Shown in pieces: positions 12,528 to 25,100 of a DNA stretch of 64,000 nt. The number at the start of each line of letters is the position of its first letter. Position 1 is the first letter of the stretch. Under the pieces are notes generated by a model. The model did no database searches, was not told the origin of the DNA, and saw only the letters and a program-made list of their open reading frames with translations. The translations under genes were made by a program, and so were the position numbers. Location of the stretch: NCBI GenBank assembly GCA_010015805.1, contig ML978125.1:1488001-1552000 (forward strand), read 5' to 3'. The DNA comes from Rhizodiscina lignyota (Eukaryota).

Positions 12528-13219
12528 TATGGGTTCCGGAGGTGTAATGAACTTGGTGGCAGTGTCGATCGGTTCTGCTGAGATACGGCGTTTATGAAGC
12601 GTACGGGGATCGTGTCTTTTCAAATGTAAATATTCTATTTGTACGGAAGCCTGGCCAGATGAAGCCAGGTCAGCTATTGAGAAAGGTAATTCAATGAGAT
12701 CCAAGACTCCGATGAGGTTTCTGCACTGCTTCGTGTACGGAAGACCTCCTGCTGCAATGGTGTCAGCCTTAGAATCTCCCTCAGACGCCTTCCTCACAAA
12801 ATTACTCTCTGAGCCAGATGAGATGAGATGAAGGTACTTAGGTACATTCACGGGATGTTCAGGGACTGCACACGTTCCAGGCGCCCCGGATGATCGCTGC
12901 GCTGGGGCTGCGGGCACGTCCCACCCCGCAGCCAGACCATATCGTAATCCGTGCGACAGCATGGCGACATTTTCCGAAGCATCTCCTCAACAGCTCGCGC
13001 GACCATCTCTCCTTGACTTCCCTCCCACCGAGTCGCCATTAAATCTCCCAGCACGGCTGCGGCCTGCCTGCTCCATCATCGTTCCCATTGGACCTTGCGA
13101 TCAACGTTCCGCGGCCCATCATGGCATTCCTCTGACGTTTCCCGATATCTATCTACCTGTTGAGATACCTCCGAGTTCCGATACCAAATACCTAAATACC
13201 TTTATCATCAGTTCACATA

Positions 13220-14100
13220 ATGTCGCGCTTCCTGGATAATCAAGTTAAGAAGCTCTCGCGAGCAGCTCGCGTTATCCTCGTTGGCGCACCCGGAGTTGGC
13301 AAAGGGACGCAGACGGAGAGGTTGATGAAGCGATTTCCACAATTGTCGGCGATAAGCTCGGGTGACCTTTTGCGCGACAATGTTCGAAACCGGACGCCTC
13401 TGGGTATGTCGGATATGCTGTAAAGAATATCGGTATTCGCATTGTAGCTAATGGATAGATAGGCATTCGAGCCGAAGCGAAGATGAAGTCCGGCGACCTC
13501 GTTCCAGATATGATGATACTGCGACTCATTCTCAACGAATTGGACAAGCGTGGATGGGTAAAGCGAGGGCCTGTCGTTCCATACACTCTCAACTACGCTG
13601 CGGAGGATGCTGCGATCGAGCAAGCCGCAGACGAAGCTTCTATCCTACCTACCCTGCCAACCGAGTCTTTCCATTACTCCGATGCTCCCAGCGCCTCGTT
13701 CATCCTCGACGGCTTCCCTCGCAATGCTGCTCAGGCAGCTCAAATTGACAAAATCGTCCCAATCAACCTCGTCGTCAATATCAGTACGCCTACCGAAATC
13801 ATACTCGATCGGATTTGTAATCGATGGGTCCACGCGCCATCGGGCCGTGTCTACAACACGACATTCAATGCTCCCAAAGTTCCTGGAAAGGACGACGTCA
13901 CCGGCGAGCCTCTGACGAGGCGGCCAGACGACGAGCCAGAAGTGTGGAAGGCGCGGCTAGCAAAGCATGAAGAATCAAGCTTGTCGCTCCTCGAGCACTA
14001 CGACAAGAAGGGTGTGTTGTGGACTGTACGCGGGAATAGCAGCAATGAAATCAGCCCGAAGCTATATGCCGAATTTGAGAGGCGATTCAGCGAAGAATGA
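13220..14100 (+). CDS. ADK2: Mitochondrial GTP:AMP phosphotransferase (adenylate kinase 3 type)
   Basis: P-loop GAPGVGKGTQ, SSGDLLR, FILDGFPR, and lid RWVHAPSGRVYN..GKDDVTGEPLTRRPDD. One intron approx. 13405..13462. Confidence 0.9.
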
Positions 14101-14655
14101 GCTCATTGACTATTACAGCGTGGCGTCCGGGCGTTTAATCTTGTCTCGGCTTGTAAATATGGGCATTATCGGTGGACTTTTGACGACAACACAGTCGATT
14201 GATAGGTATCCTGGTGTTGTATGATACGATTCAGCTCCATACCTATTGTACCATTTAATATTTCTATTGACAACGATCTTTAGCTTAGACGTGTCTATTG
14301 AGCTTTTGGCCATCCAGTACTGCACAGAATGGAGAACAATTGGTATTGTTCATTCTATCAATTGTCACTCCCAACTTCTATTGTCAAAGGTTTCTATATA
14401 GCATTTTATCTCTTCCTCGAAACTCTTGCTTTCTTTCTCTCCAGAATTGACAACCAAGCATCCTCCTCTCCAAGTCGTACTAAGCAACAAGCAATTGAAG
14501 CTAATTTGCCCAAGTCACGAGCTTTGAGTAGAGGTGTTACACTATCAAACCCTTTCCCGAACAACACTTTCGGCTGAGCATTAACGCTAGTCCTTCCCTA
14601 TACCCTCTTCTCTTTACTTCCTCCTCTCTCCCTACAACACCTCCGCTCTCCAACC

Positions 14656-15936
14656 ATGGCTGGCTACCTCAACCCCCGCAATCTCGTCGCGACACTCGCA
14701 ACGGTCGGTGTCGGCTACCTGTTCCGCTTCTTCACAGAGCAAGCGCCGGAGTCGAGCGACGAGATCATTCCAACCACCACCATCGTCTACGACTGGGCGC
14801 CAACGCCCACATACACTCCAGCCCCCGTCACCTCCATGGTCTATGTGACCATCGTCCCCACCGCCAGCTCCTGCACTTACTTCCCTGATGAGCCCCTCGA
14901 AACACCTATCTACGAGGAAGCCAACACTCCAGTGACTGTCAACCCGCGTGTTGACAGCGCGTTCAATTCCGTGTTGCTACAGCTCTTCCCCATCGACCAA
15001 TGGGTGCAGCAGTACTCCTCTCACAACCTCGCCGCCCTCTTCACCTCCGTTCTCTTCTGGCTTCTCAATGCCAGAACCCTCTTCCGCTCTCTCCTCGCTC
15101 TCCTCTGCCGTCTCCTCACCCGAACCCCGAAGCTGTCCGCGATGCAGCAGCGCCTCCGGTACGAGCGTTTATCCCGGCAGGCACGGGCAGACAACACCAC
15201 GCAGCGAGACATGGAACGCGGATGGGAGCTCGCATACAAACTCAGTGTGCGGTTCCATCAAACATCCATGGAAATCTTCCACGCCAGGTCAGACCTCGCC
15301 ACCGCAGACGCCATGCACGCCGCCGCGCTCTCCGACCTCGGTGCCTTCACCAACCCGAAGCTCCTCCGCGCAACCGATGCATGCGCCGTCATGCTGCAGC
15401 ACTCCTCCCGCCAAACCGCCTCCCTCCAGTCGCAGCTGGCCGCCAAGACCGAGCGCGCCGTGTCACTGACCGCCCAGGTCGCGCAGCACTGGAGGGAGAT
15501 CGACGAGCTCAACAAGGCCAACAAGGGGCTCACGCGCAGCCTGGAGTACGCTGAGGGCGACATCGCCACGCTCAGGTCGTCCGCCCAGAAGCGACGCGCT
15601 GCGTACAAGGCTCGTGCGGACGAGCTGGCGCAGCTCGCGCGGGAGAAGGCCGATCTGGAGATGCAGCGCGACGACGCCCGGCGTGCTCTCAGCCTCGCGG
15701 ACACAAAGCTCGACATGACGGAGCGGTCGTTGGCCGCGGTCTACCGGCAGATGGAGGACAAGGACCGGCTCGGGGCGCACGTCACCGAGGGCCTGATTGC
15801 GGCACGGTGGACCGCCAAGCGCACTCTGGAGAAGCGGACAGCGGAGCTGCGGAAAGCCAGGGAGCAGGTCAATGCGCTGGCGCATGCAAGGGAGTTCTTG
15901 ATGGAGAAGGTGGAGAGGTTGGAGGGTAGGGCGTAG
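14656..15936 (+). CDS. Hypothetical membrane-anchored coiled-coil protein
   Basis: 426 aa ORF with strong third-position GC bias. N-terminal hydrophobic segment, T/P-rich stretch, second hydrophobic segment, then a long heptad-like A/E/R/L-rich C-terminus. Confidence 0.7.
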   Translation: MAGYLNPRNLVATLATVGVGYLFRFFTEQAPESSDEIIPTTTIVYDWAPTPTYTPAPVTSMVYVTIVPTASSCTYFPDEPLETPIYEEANTPVTVNPRVDSAFNSVLLQLFPIDQWVQQYSSHNLAALFTSVLFWLLNARTLFRSLLALLCRLLTRTPKLSAMQQRLRYERLSRQARADNTTQRDMERGWELAYKLSVRFHQTSMEIFHARSDLATADAMHAAALSDLGAFTNPKLLRATDACAVMLQHSSRQTASLQSQLAAKTERAVSLTAQVAQHWREIDELNKANKGLTRSLEYAEGDIATLRSSAQKRRAAYKARADELAQLAREKADLEMQRDDARRALSLADTKLDMTERSLAAVYRQMEDKDRLGAHVTEGLIAARWTAKRTLEKRTAELRKAREQVNALAHAREFLMEKVERLEGRA

Positions 15937-16144
15937 GCGGATAGGGGCTAGGGTTTGGGTAGATGGTTTGGGATTGGTTTCTTTCGGGTTTGATTGTTGT
16001 TGTATAGGATTTGGAGTAGAGGCTTTTGAATGGCAGATATTTCGCTGGCGACTATGTTTGAGGTTGGGGTTAACACTCCTGTGATGTTCGAAGTGAGGCT
16101 CAACACTCAGTGTCGGCTTGGTTGAACAGTGTGTTTGAGACAGA

Positions 16145-16250
16145 GAATAGAACACCCAGACTGATAGAGATGTTCGAACGCAGAGCCCAAAATATCCCGT
16201 TCGGACCGTAAGAGTTGCGTTCCCCTTAAGATTTTCAGAGAATGGAGGGC
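16145..16250 (-). pseudogene. Fragment of a Fig1/SUR7-like (claudin-like) membrane protein gene
   Basis: Translates as NLKGNATLTVRTGYFGLCVRTSLSVW, which resembles the Fig1-family loop motif (L.VR.GYFG.C). No flanking transmembrane-coding sequence is recognisable. Confidence 0.5.
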
Positions 16251-16409
16251 ATGAATACCCGCATTCTGCCCCGGTTCTACTCACATCTTTAGTTCACGTT
16301 CTACTATACTCACTTCTTAATATATCTTTTACATAAAGTGGTAACTTAAGATTGGATATTATAACTAGTGATTTGATACACGACGCTAATTCCTTCTAGT
16401 GAGCATCTC

Positions 16410-18150
16410 TTATCCGTTATTTACTGATTCTGTACCTGGAAAATTGAAGGCGCTCTGAATACCTTCGAAAACGTCCTGTGGATGTGCACCTGCTAGATCT
16501 GGCGTATTGGGACCTTGGTCAGGGGAAAGCGCACAAGTCTACGTTCACGCACATCAGTACCCTGCAGCACACAAATGAACCTCGATATGTTTTCTGGAAT
16601 CACTCACACTTTCGCAATCCGACGTATTTTCGTCGTCGGTAGCCCCACAAGCCGCCGGTGGGTTCTTGCTCGTATCAACAGCTACACCAGCGCCAGAGAG
16701 TTGCGAGAAGCAGCCTCCTTGCTGATCAGGGCACATGTTGCAACACCAGCGGATAGCGGAGGCGCAAGCGCTTACGCAATTTGTGATCGTCGGTGGTGAC
16801 TGGTTCGGCGCCGTACACGTAGGAGTCTCCGTTGTAGTTGGGGTATCTGATGGCGTCGAGGTTGTCGAGATTGTGGATGTAGTCGATGTAGTCGATGTAG
16901 TTGTCGGTGCTCCTGAATCGGCGCCGGGGATGAGAGGATTATTCGGGTATATGATATTCGTGATATTATAGAGTTCGCCGTCGATCTGAGCGATGCCGCC
17001 ATAGTCCACACTTCCCAGGATGCACGTCTGAACGATGGCAGTCAAAGATTCATTGCAGTGGGTGAGTTCCTGCGTGTCCGACGAGCGTTGTACAAGGATG
17101 TTGAGGAAGCCGTGGTTGAATGTCATATGTGTAGAGTCACCAGAGCCATCAAATTTGGCGGCGCAGTCTTGAGAAAATCCCGGCAAAAGCGCATTTGCAA
17201 CATCGGACGGAGATGGGCCACCAGTCGGAATATTTTGCTTACAGTTCACTGTAAGGCTCGCCGAAGTTGAGGTCGACGACGATGAGGACGATGAGGACGA
17301 CGAGGAAGAGCTTAGTGCCGTAGTAGAGAGCTGATTTATCGGTATTTGCTCAAGGTGGGTGATAAAGCTATTGCTTCCGCCAATGTTTCCAACGACATCA
17401 CTAACAGCGGCGGTGATTGTAGTTGTGATTGTAACGGTAACTCCAGAGGACGACGAAGAGGACGACGAAGACGAGGATGAGGATGCGGTTGATTCACCAG
17501 TAGATGTGGGGTTATTTCCATCGTCTGGAAACTCTTCAACGGCGGGATATAGCGAGCTTTCAAATCAGCTTCGTTCCTCTGACATGTATTTTATTGACTT
17601 ACAGAGTCAACCAAGGAGGAGCCGCCCCTGAGAGGATTGGGAAAACAAATGTGAAGTCCCCAAACAAAAGGACTGTAAAGGAGAACCCAAGAAGCGCCAG
17701 CGCTGCCGGAGCAGCGTCGCTTGCATCGGGAAGATTGGATCTTTGGGCAGGTGGTACGGTAGTTGTGCTGAATGCTACGCTTGAAGAACTGTCTGACGGA
17801 TCAAACACTACGACCGGCGTGACGCTTGCACTGGCAGAAGTAGTGGTGGGGAGTTGGATGGCGATGGAAACAGAATCCGTGGATGTAGGAACAACAAATG
17901 TAGTCGATTGACCTGCTGTCGGAGGCGTTGTTGTCCCTCCAGGCGTTGTTGTCCCTCCAGGCGTCGTCCCAGATACCGTCGTGTCAGAGGTCGTACCTCC
18001 AGGCGTTGTCGTCCCTCCAGACGTCGTCCCAGATGCCGTCGTGGTGCTATTGGAAAGGCTCATAGATGGAAAGCCATTTGATTGAGCAGACGTCAAACAA
18101 AGACAAGAAATGAAAATGACAATGAGCGAGTGCGCTATAATCAAAACCAT
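16410..18150 (-). CDS. Secreted Ser/Thr-rich protein with Cys-containing C-terminal domains, multi-exon (3' end uncertain)
   Basis: Signal peptide MVLIIAHSLIVIFISCLCLTSAQ and GGTTTP repeats. An intron at approx. 17555..17600 restores the frame into the 16554-17249 ORF. A further GTGAGT..CGTAG intron gives DCES-TCALSPDQG. Confidence 0.7.
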
Positions 18151-19872
18151 GATTGAGTGATCCTGTAGAACGCAATTCACTTCGTTGAATCCATTTCTTA
18201 TGATTCACCTACCCTTTTTATAAATCTGTTAATGCGCCGGCTTCGATACTAGATGTCTTCAAGGATATAAAATTATTATTAGAAACGAGACTGTGGCAAT
18301 CAGACCTACGGAGTGGATCGTAAGCCACCAATGAGATGTCTTGCATCGTCATTTTGTAACTTTTTATTATTATCTGCTTCTATACTATATCAGGATTCGT
18401 GCGCGATTCGAATTCCATGCACTTGCGAGAAGACGTATGTTTAAGCTCTGAATGCAGGGCTAAACAGACCAATTAGAGAGCAGCAATAAAGCTAAAAGAC
18501 TTCCGAGCGGGGCATTTAGTAAACGAGAAGGCTGTGACACTCTAAGGCTGACTATGCTGGCTGTGGTATAGGAGGCTTATATTTGCTGTTTCAGGATACG
18601 ATAGCTTATTTCGGCATTCGCTATTATCAGAATGCGGCTGCCTCCGCGCTACCACAAGAGTACAATAGTATCCATTCTCGAATAGAGCCTCTTACGAGTG
18701 TTCATGATAGCCCCTTCTTTTCTATCTTATGTAGTGTAGTACGAAATAACGTCTACTGAGAGGGCTAGGCTCTGCTAACTCTTCGGCGGAACCGCCGAGA
18801 GCCTTGTTGTCAGGAGGTGCCCAGAACGTCCTAGCGCGTGAGCACGTGCATTCGTGTATTATCATTTCTCCTTTAGAGATTTCTCTCTCTTTAATCAATC
18901 CACGAGATTCACCACTTCGTGCCTGCTACGTGCCCCCGATACTTGTGCCGGCCACGGTAGGCGTACGTGAGGCTCTCACACCCCAATTAGGAAAAGGTAC
19001 GCAACCAGAATAATATTCCTAGATTTCCAATCATCCCCTCCCGAATACCCTCCGGAGTTGATGTGGATGAGGTGATGATCTCTTTTAGGCTAGCCCATGT
19101 GGGATGGAGCTTATAAGTTAAGCTTATTTCAAATTTGACTACCTTCGTTAGACAACGAGCTAGTTGAACGGGACCTTGCTTCAGAAATTTGGCTGCAAGC
19201 GAACCGTATTGTCGAACGAATCTCACATTAAATCGTTGAAATTAGTGAGCATTCTCGAAAAGGCTTAGAAAGCTTGTGAATTAAAGGATTGAGAGGGCTC
19301 AGGGAGGAGAGGGCTCCCTGACCGATTATATACACTAAAATAAGGAGAAAGGGATCTGAAATTAGGACTCCGAAGCCCACGGCGACTCCGAGCCGTGCCA
19401 GTTGACTGACTCGTTCAATACGTATAGCCCCTTCATCACTTGTTTCCGACAGCACTGATCTAAGCCTGGCTACTCTAGTGCTATTCACAGGGCGTACGAC
19501 GCAACGACGACCTCTCGAGGTATCTTTGTCATCCTAAAGCAACGAATTCACCACGTACACTACAGCTATTCAAGAAAACAACGCCCCCGTGTGCGTGCTC
19601 TCCTCGAGCTAAGACTGGTCTGATTATTCAAAAAGGGCTCAGATAATCTATGCTGTATCCCCGGCATGTAGCTGCTCAGCCCCATTCCATTGCCTACTCC
19701 GCTTTTCAAACTTGTCCTCTTCTCCACATCTCGTGTGCTATTCTTTGCAGTCACCAAAATTATGTCTTGCGAGTTTTTGGGTCTGAAATTAGAAACCAGT
19801 CATAAAACGATATAAATCCACAAACCTCCACCCAGTAGTTGTCTACCGAACTCGCTTCAGACTAACATCAAA

Positions 19873-21401
19873 ATGAAGCTTACCAATTTCCCTTGTCTTT
19901 TTTCTCTTGTAGCTTCGTCTTTGTTCAGCCAAACCTATGCTTTCCCTCCGGTACGGCGTCAAGCAGGTAGCTCTTCCGCATCAACTATCGCTGGAAGCTC
20001 GTGTGCCTCACCTTCTTGTACTGTCTCATTTGATGTCATCCCTACGTTAGTGGTGTCACCTTCTGCGGCGACAGTTCTGCCCAGCGGTGCAGGATCTCCC
20101 ATCACCATCGACTTCGATCCACTCACAACGTCTGACATCACTCTTGGATCGATTGTCCTTCAAAACACCGACACTTCAGCAACGTTGACGCTCAGCAGCA
20201 CGACTCTGCCTTCTCTCACTACAACTATTCATACGTCATTCGCCCCAAGTGAGAGTCCCACTCAGGTAACGGCACTGGAGGTTGTCGCCGTCATCGTTCC
20301 ACAAGCACAAGAAGTCATATCGGACTCTGGAGCAACCTGCCCTATAGATCCTATCGGAGGCGAGAGCAGCTCCGTACAGTCTAAGAGAAGGAGCTTCGCA
20401 GACTCGCTGTTCAAGCGATCTAATTCTATCACCGGATGTAACACCGATGAGTCGAACTTAATACAGACATGGTTTTCAGATGCGCGAACAATCTTAAATA
20501 CTGTTGTCCCAATAATGACAGCAGACGATGCCGCGTATGCTACCTCAAATCACTGTTTCGTATCCCGTAGACTAACAGGTGCTAGTTACAAGACTTATTT
20601 CGCCCCACAATTCTTCGACGTCGTAAAGCAAATGGGCTCGCAGATACTAACCGCCTTGGATCCGAATAGCGATGTCTATAACATTAGATGGTTGTGCGAA
20701 GCGGCATCAACAGCAGCTAGACAGAAATGCACGTGAGTTCAAGGGCATCCAATCGCCAACATTTACTTCACTACGGAACTGACATGTCGCAACACCCAGA
20801 GAAACGCGTACTCTCATTCCATTTGCTGTGAATGCTATAGATACAGCTCATACTGCCAATTGCTTCGATTCCATCACTTACCTCTGCAACACTCTGCTTC
20901 AGGCCACAGACCTGTCGACAAAATTAGGGGACTTCCCCAATATCTGCGACATTGATCTAGTAAATAATTGGGAAACATTCTCGAAACTCGGAGGTTCGTC
21001 TTGGGCCCGCTAAATATAAAGCCAGCATCTTCTCACCTTCATTAATATAGCAAAAACCATCATTCACGAATTAACCCACGCCAATGCCATCGGCCAAGCG
21101 GCTGGTGTCAATCAAGGGACCACTCGAGTTAACGGCCAGACAACTTTTGGGTAAGTGTAATGACTAATAGCATTTAGAGAACGTCACTCATATCCTTACT
21201 AGAACGAACCAAGGCTTTTTCAGCGAGGAATTTTATGGCCGCCCGCTTGCTTCCTCAAGGACCAACTTCGCTCAGATAAACAATGCGGACACTTACGCAT
21301 GGTTCTTTTTGGGTACGTCTATTATAATATCTCGAATTAGCTGAATTGTAAATCTAATAATATTGCGTTAAATAGAGCGATACATTAACGCTAAATGCTA
21401 A
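19873..21401 (+). CDS. Secreted zinc metalloprotease, M35/aspzincin-like, multi-exon
   Basis: Signal peptide and S/T-rich pro-region ending FKR. Later short exons absent from the ORF track encode KTIIHELTHA (HExxH, approx. 21065-21079) and NNADTYAWF (approx. 21280-21305). Last exon ERYINAKC*. Confidence 0.8.
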
Positions 21402-21419
21402 GGAAGCGCCGCAAGATAG

Positions 21420-22160
21420 CAGCGCATCATTTTATCTGGAGTGTTAGCGGTTTTACCATAGACTATGCCGTGTAGCCTGATAGCTTTGTATCCTCACGAC
21501 GAAAACATCTATAACCACCTATTATGTAACATTTCTGTGTCTTCTTCTAGAGTATGATCTGGAACGACTATAAAGACTTGCGCTCGATGTGGATCGCATC
21601 TCTGTCTAGGATGAGAGGGGATGCTCCACGAGAATCCAGCGCTTAGTGCAGTGGCTACACCCGCGAGGAATATAGGAGCATAGGAACAGAACGCAATACA
21701 TCCTTAAGCCATCTCCTTGGAGATTTCGAAGAGGCCCCTAATACAAGTATACGTAAGCCTGGACGTTCATGAGCTAGTTAGAAGTCAAATTGCCACAAAG
21801 TAAATAGGCCATTCTCTGCGAGCTTCCTCAAAAAGGTGGACTGTACAAATAGGCTAACCTCCGCAGTCCGCATGTCGTGCGAGCTCAGCAGCACAAGGTG
21901 AAGCGGTAATAAAATAAAGTAGGCGCAACTTTCTTAAGCCTACGTCCCTAGTAATGTCAACTTATAATAGAAGCTTTGATATCTGATCCTAAGAATATCT
22001 AAGGATGGATAAATCGCTCTTACCTTTTGTAGATAGGGAATTCAAAGGTCATTCTCTAGATTCTCTCTAGATATTTGGATTACTAGCCTAATTAGGCTTA
22101 GCTTTTCCTATATTAGGCTAGCATCACAAATAACCTTATACAGGCTCTTCACCTAGAAGG
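21420..22160. repeat. AT- and TpA-rich degenerate segment, probable RIP-mutated relic
   Basis: No ORFs in any frame. Dense TA/CTAG/TTAG words (e.g. ctagcctaattaggcttag), most marked at 21900-22160, in contrast to the GC-rich neighbours. Confidence 0.5.
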
Positions 22161-22164
22161 TCAA

Positions 22165-25100
22165 TCACTCCACCGCATTCTGATCCGTCTCCGGCTTCCC
22201 CTCAAACGGCTCTTCAAACCTCGCCTCAAACTCGACTTTATCATTTAATCCGACAATTGGAAACAACCTCCCCCGAATATCTTTAAACTCATCCTCAAAC
22301 CTCTGCCCATTTTTACAAACCCAAATGGTATGCTTCACAAAGTCCACCCCGATGCCCACAACATCGCCCGGTCCATACCTCCGGACAGGGTTCGCGCCGA
22401 GATTCTTCCCATTGCTCGCGAACATGCCTCCATCATCTCCATGATAGCCCCACGAGCTCACTGCGGAAGGGAGCTTCTTCGGAGGCCAGCCGGGGAATTC
22501 GACGAACTCGCCTGCACGGGTCGCGAAGCCGATGCCGAGTACGGGGTTGGATGGCGACGCCATCCCCTCCCCGCTCGTGATCTTGATCTCGAAGTAATAC
22601 TCTTGAAGGCCGGCGGGGACGGGGTGGTCGGCCTCGATGACGACTCTGGTGCCGCCGGGGTGCTTTACTTTCGTCCCATCGACAATGTCAAACGGGCCGT
22701 CGCGCTCTTTGAACTTGCCCGGCCAACTTCCAAAGGTAGCCTGGCGCGACAGGAAGTCAATGGCATCTTCCTGTTGATGCTGCTTTGCTAACGCGTATGG
22801 CGTCCAGCCGTACTCGTCAGGGCGATTCAAGTTGGCCTTTGCTTCGTTCAGCTTCTGAAGAATCATCTTGCTATTGTTCAGGACGGCAGTGGCCACCAGT
22901 TGGGTGTCTTCGGCCGCAGAATGGGGATCGTGATCGATGAGGATGGAGACCGCTTGCTCGAAGTCGCTGCTACCATGGACGCTCCATTGCTCGTAGCAAA
23001 GTTCCAGTGCAGTCTTCCCATCTTTGTTTGGGCCGCTCTTCATCTTGGAGTCGAATCCTGCGTCGAGCAAAAGCTTAACGCATTCCGGCTTGCCACGGAA
23101 TGATGCTGCGTGGAGAGCATTGCGGCCCTTTTTCTCATCCGCGGCGCCGATTGCTTCGAGAGAAGGCGACTTCTCAATGAGAATTTTCACAATGTTGGTC
23201 ATGCCATGTCGAGCAGCTTGTCTGATCGGACACCTGCCTCCCTCTGTTATCACGTTAATGTCTTCGAATTTATATCCCTGTGCCAAGAGCTCATCCAGAA
23301 GAAACTGGGCAGTCTCGGGCGGACGGCCGGTCCGATTCTGGCATGCGGCGAAGAACGGGGTACGGCCGTGCCCATCTTTGTAGTTGATTGATGCTTTCCC
23401 TTCCCCGACCAAGAACTCCGTCACCTGCTTTTGATTCGCCTGGGCAGCTTCAATAAGAGCCGTGCGACCTTTGTTGTCAGGGTCGTCCACGTCGGTGACG
23501 TGTGGCATGATTAGCTTCATTGCTTCTATTTCACCTTCAAAGGACAGTTCAAAGAGCGGCCGCTGCGAGTCGTGGTCCTCAGCGTTGACGTCTGCACCAT
23601 GGTCTAGGAGGGTTTGAAGCATTGGTAAAGGGATGTTCCTCCTGCTGAGCAGCTTGTGTAGAGCCGTTTCACCGAAAGTGTCCTTGCAATTAATGATCTC
23701 CTTGATATCGGTGTCCTTCACGCTGTCAAGGAGCAATTGAAAAACAGCCGGGTCGTCCCCATCCCTGTCAAGGAAAGTCAGACACTATGCAAAAATTGTT
23801 ATTGCATCCGCTTACTGAGCATATTCATGAATGGCTGTCCATCCCCAACCATCTTTCATCGAGCAGTTGCCACCGGCTTTGAAAAGCAGTTCCACTTGCT
23901 CTGCGGTTGGTGCGGCTTCGATCCACCAAAAGAATGCTGTAGCGGCCCACCAGTTGGGATCCTTGCGCGGATATGGTGGGAAAGTAATATCGGCGTTGTG
24001 TTCAAGAAACAGCTTGAGCAGCCCTGTTCTGTTCTCAGGCGCATCGGCAGCTCTGTGAAGAGCAGTGCATCCATCGCCATCTGCCTCCATGATATCTGCG
24101 CCTTGCGCAATCAACCTCTCTGCTACACTCACTAGGCCAAGTATACACGCAACAGCCAGTGGAGACCACAGAGAATCAGGCTCATTCTCCATGTGCTGTA
24201 TCTGCCACTTGGCAAATACCTTTGTCTCATTTGTGAAAAATCGATCGAGCTCTTCGTAAAAAGCTTGCCACTCCTCACTGTGTTCACGTTCATCACGGGT
24301 CCATAATTTCTCCGCCTGTCTTGCGTGGTAGTACCATTTCTTGATCTCGTGGCGCTCCAATTTAGTTGGACTACCCCATCCTCCGCTGCTTTCTGAGGAG
24401 ATGTGGTTATCATCGGAGAAATCCTCACTGTCAACGGACGGGTCCTTATCATCTTCCTTCTTTTCTTCGGCATCATCTTCGTCTTCGGAATCACCCTTGG
24501 CTTCGATATTATCTTTGACTTCAGCATCGTCTTTGGCCTTTGCGGTATCGTCATCTTTGGTCTCTCCAACCGGTTCAGTGCTAGCATCAACTTTAAGATC
24601 TTCTTCCGCTTTGCTTGCGGGTTCCGCTTCAGTTTTACCTTCCTCCTTATTCTCCGCATCGGTTCTTAGCTCGGTTTCTTCTTTCTTTTCTTGTTCTTCC
24701 CCAGCTGCAGGTTCTTCTTTCGTGCCATTCGCTTCCCCCGACTGATCTTCTTGTTTTGCCGAGTCCTTCTCCTCTATCTCAACTTTGAAGAATCGCTTCT
24801 GGAATTGCGAAGAATTTAGGGATCGCACTGCCAACAACTTCTGTTAGTGCTTTTCACGTCAGCCAGGAGCGTCACATAAACATACCCGCGTTGAGTGCAA
24901 TCTGCAGATGTCCATGCTTTGGGGATACGGATAGAGGCCGTACAGTTGCAGAGCTGCGTCTGCAATTAGCACACCCTGAGTCCTCGTTTCCGTTCTTGAT
25001 CGTGCCATTCGCCTCTTCATCAAGGACGCAGAATGCTCGAATTGCGGCAGGATCGCGCAACTTCACAATGTCCTGCCCATTTTGTGGCTCGACGTCGAGA

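Noticed and set aside
18783..18798. Perfect hairpin TCGGCGG-AA-CCGCCGA as a Helitron 3' end
   Set aside because: The nearest CTAG on the minus strand is not followed by T, and no 5' end or Rep/helicase remnant is visible. It could equally be a Zn2Cys6 site.
18800..19560. Protein-like interrupted fragments between the two secreted genes
   Set aside because: Possibly a decayed gene, but I recognise no family motif to support a call.
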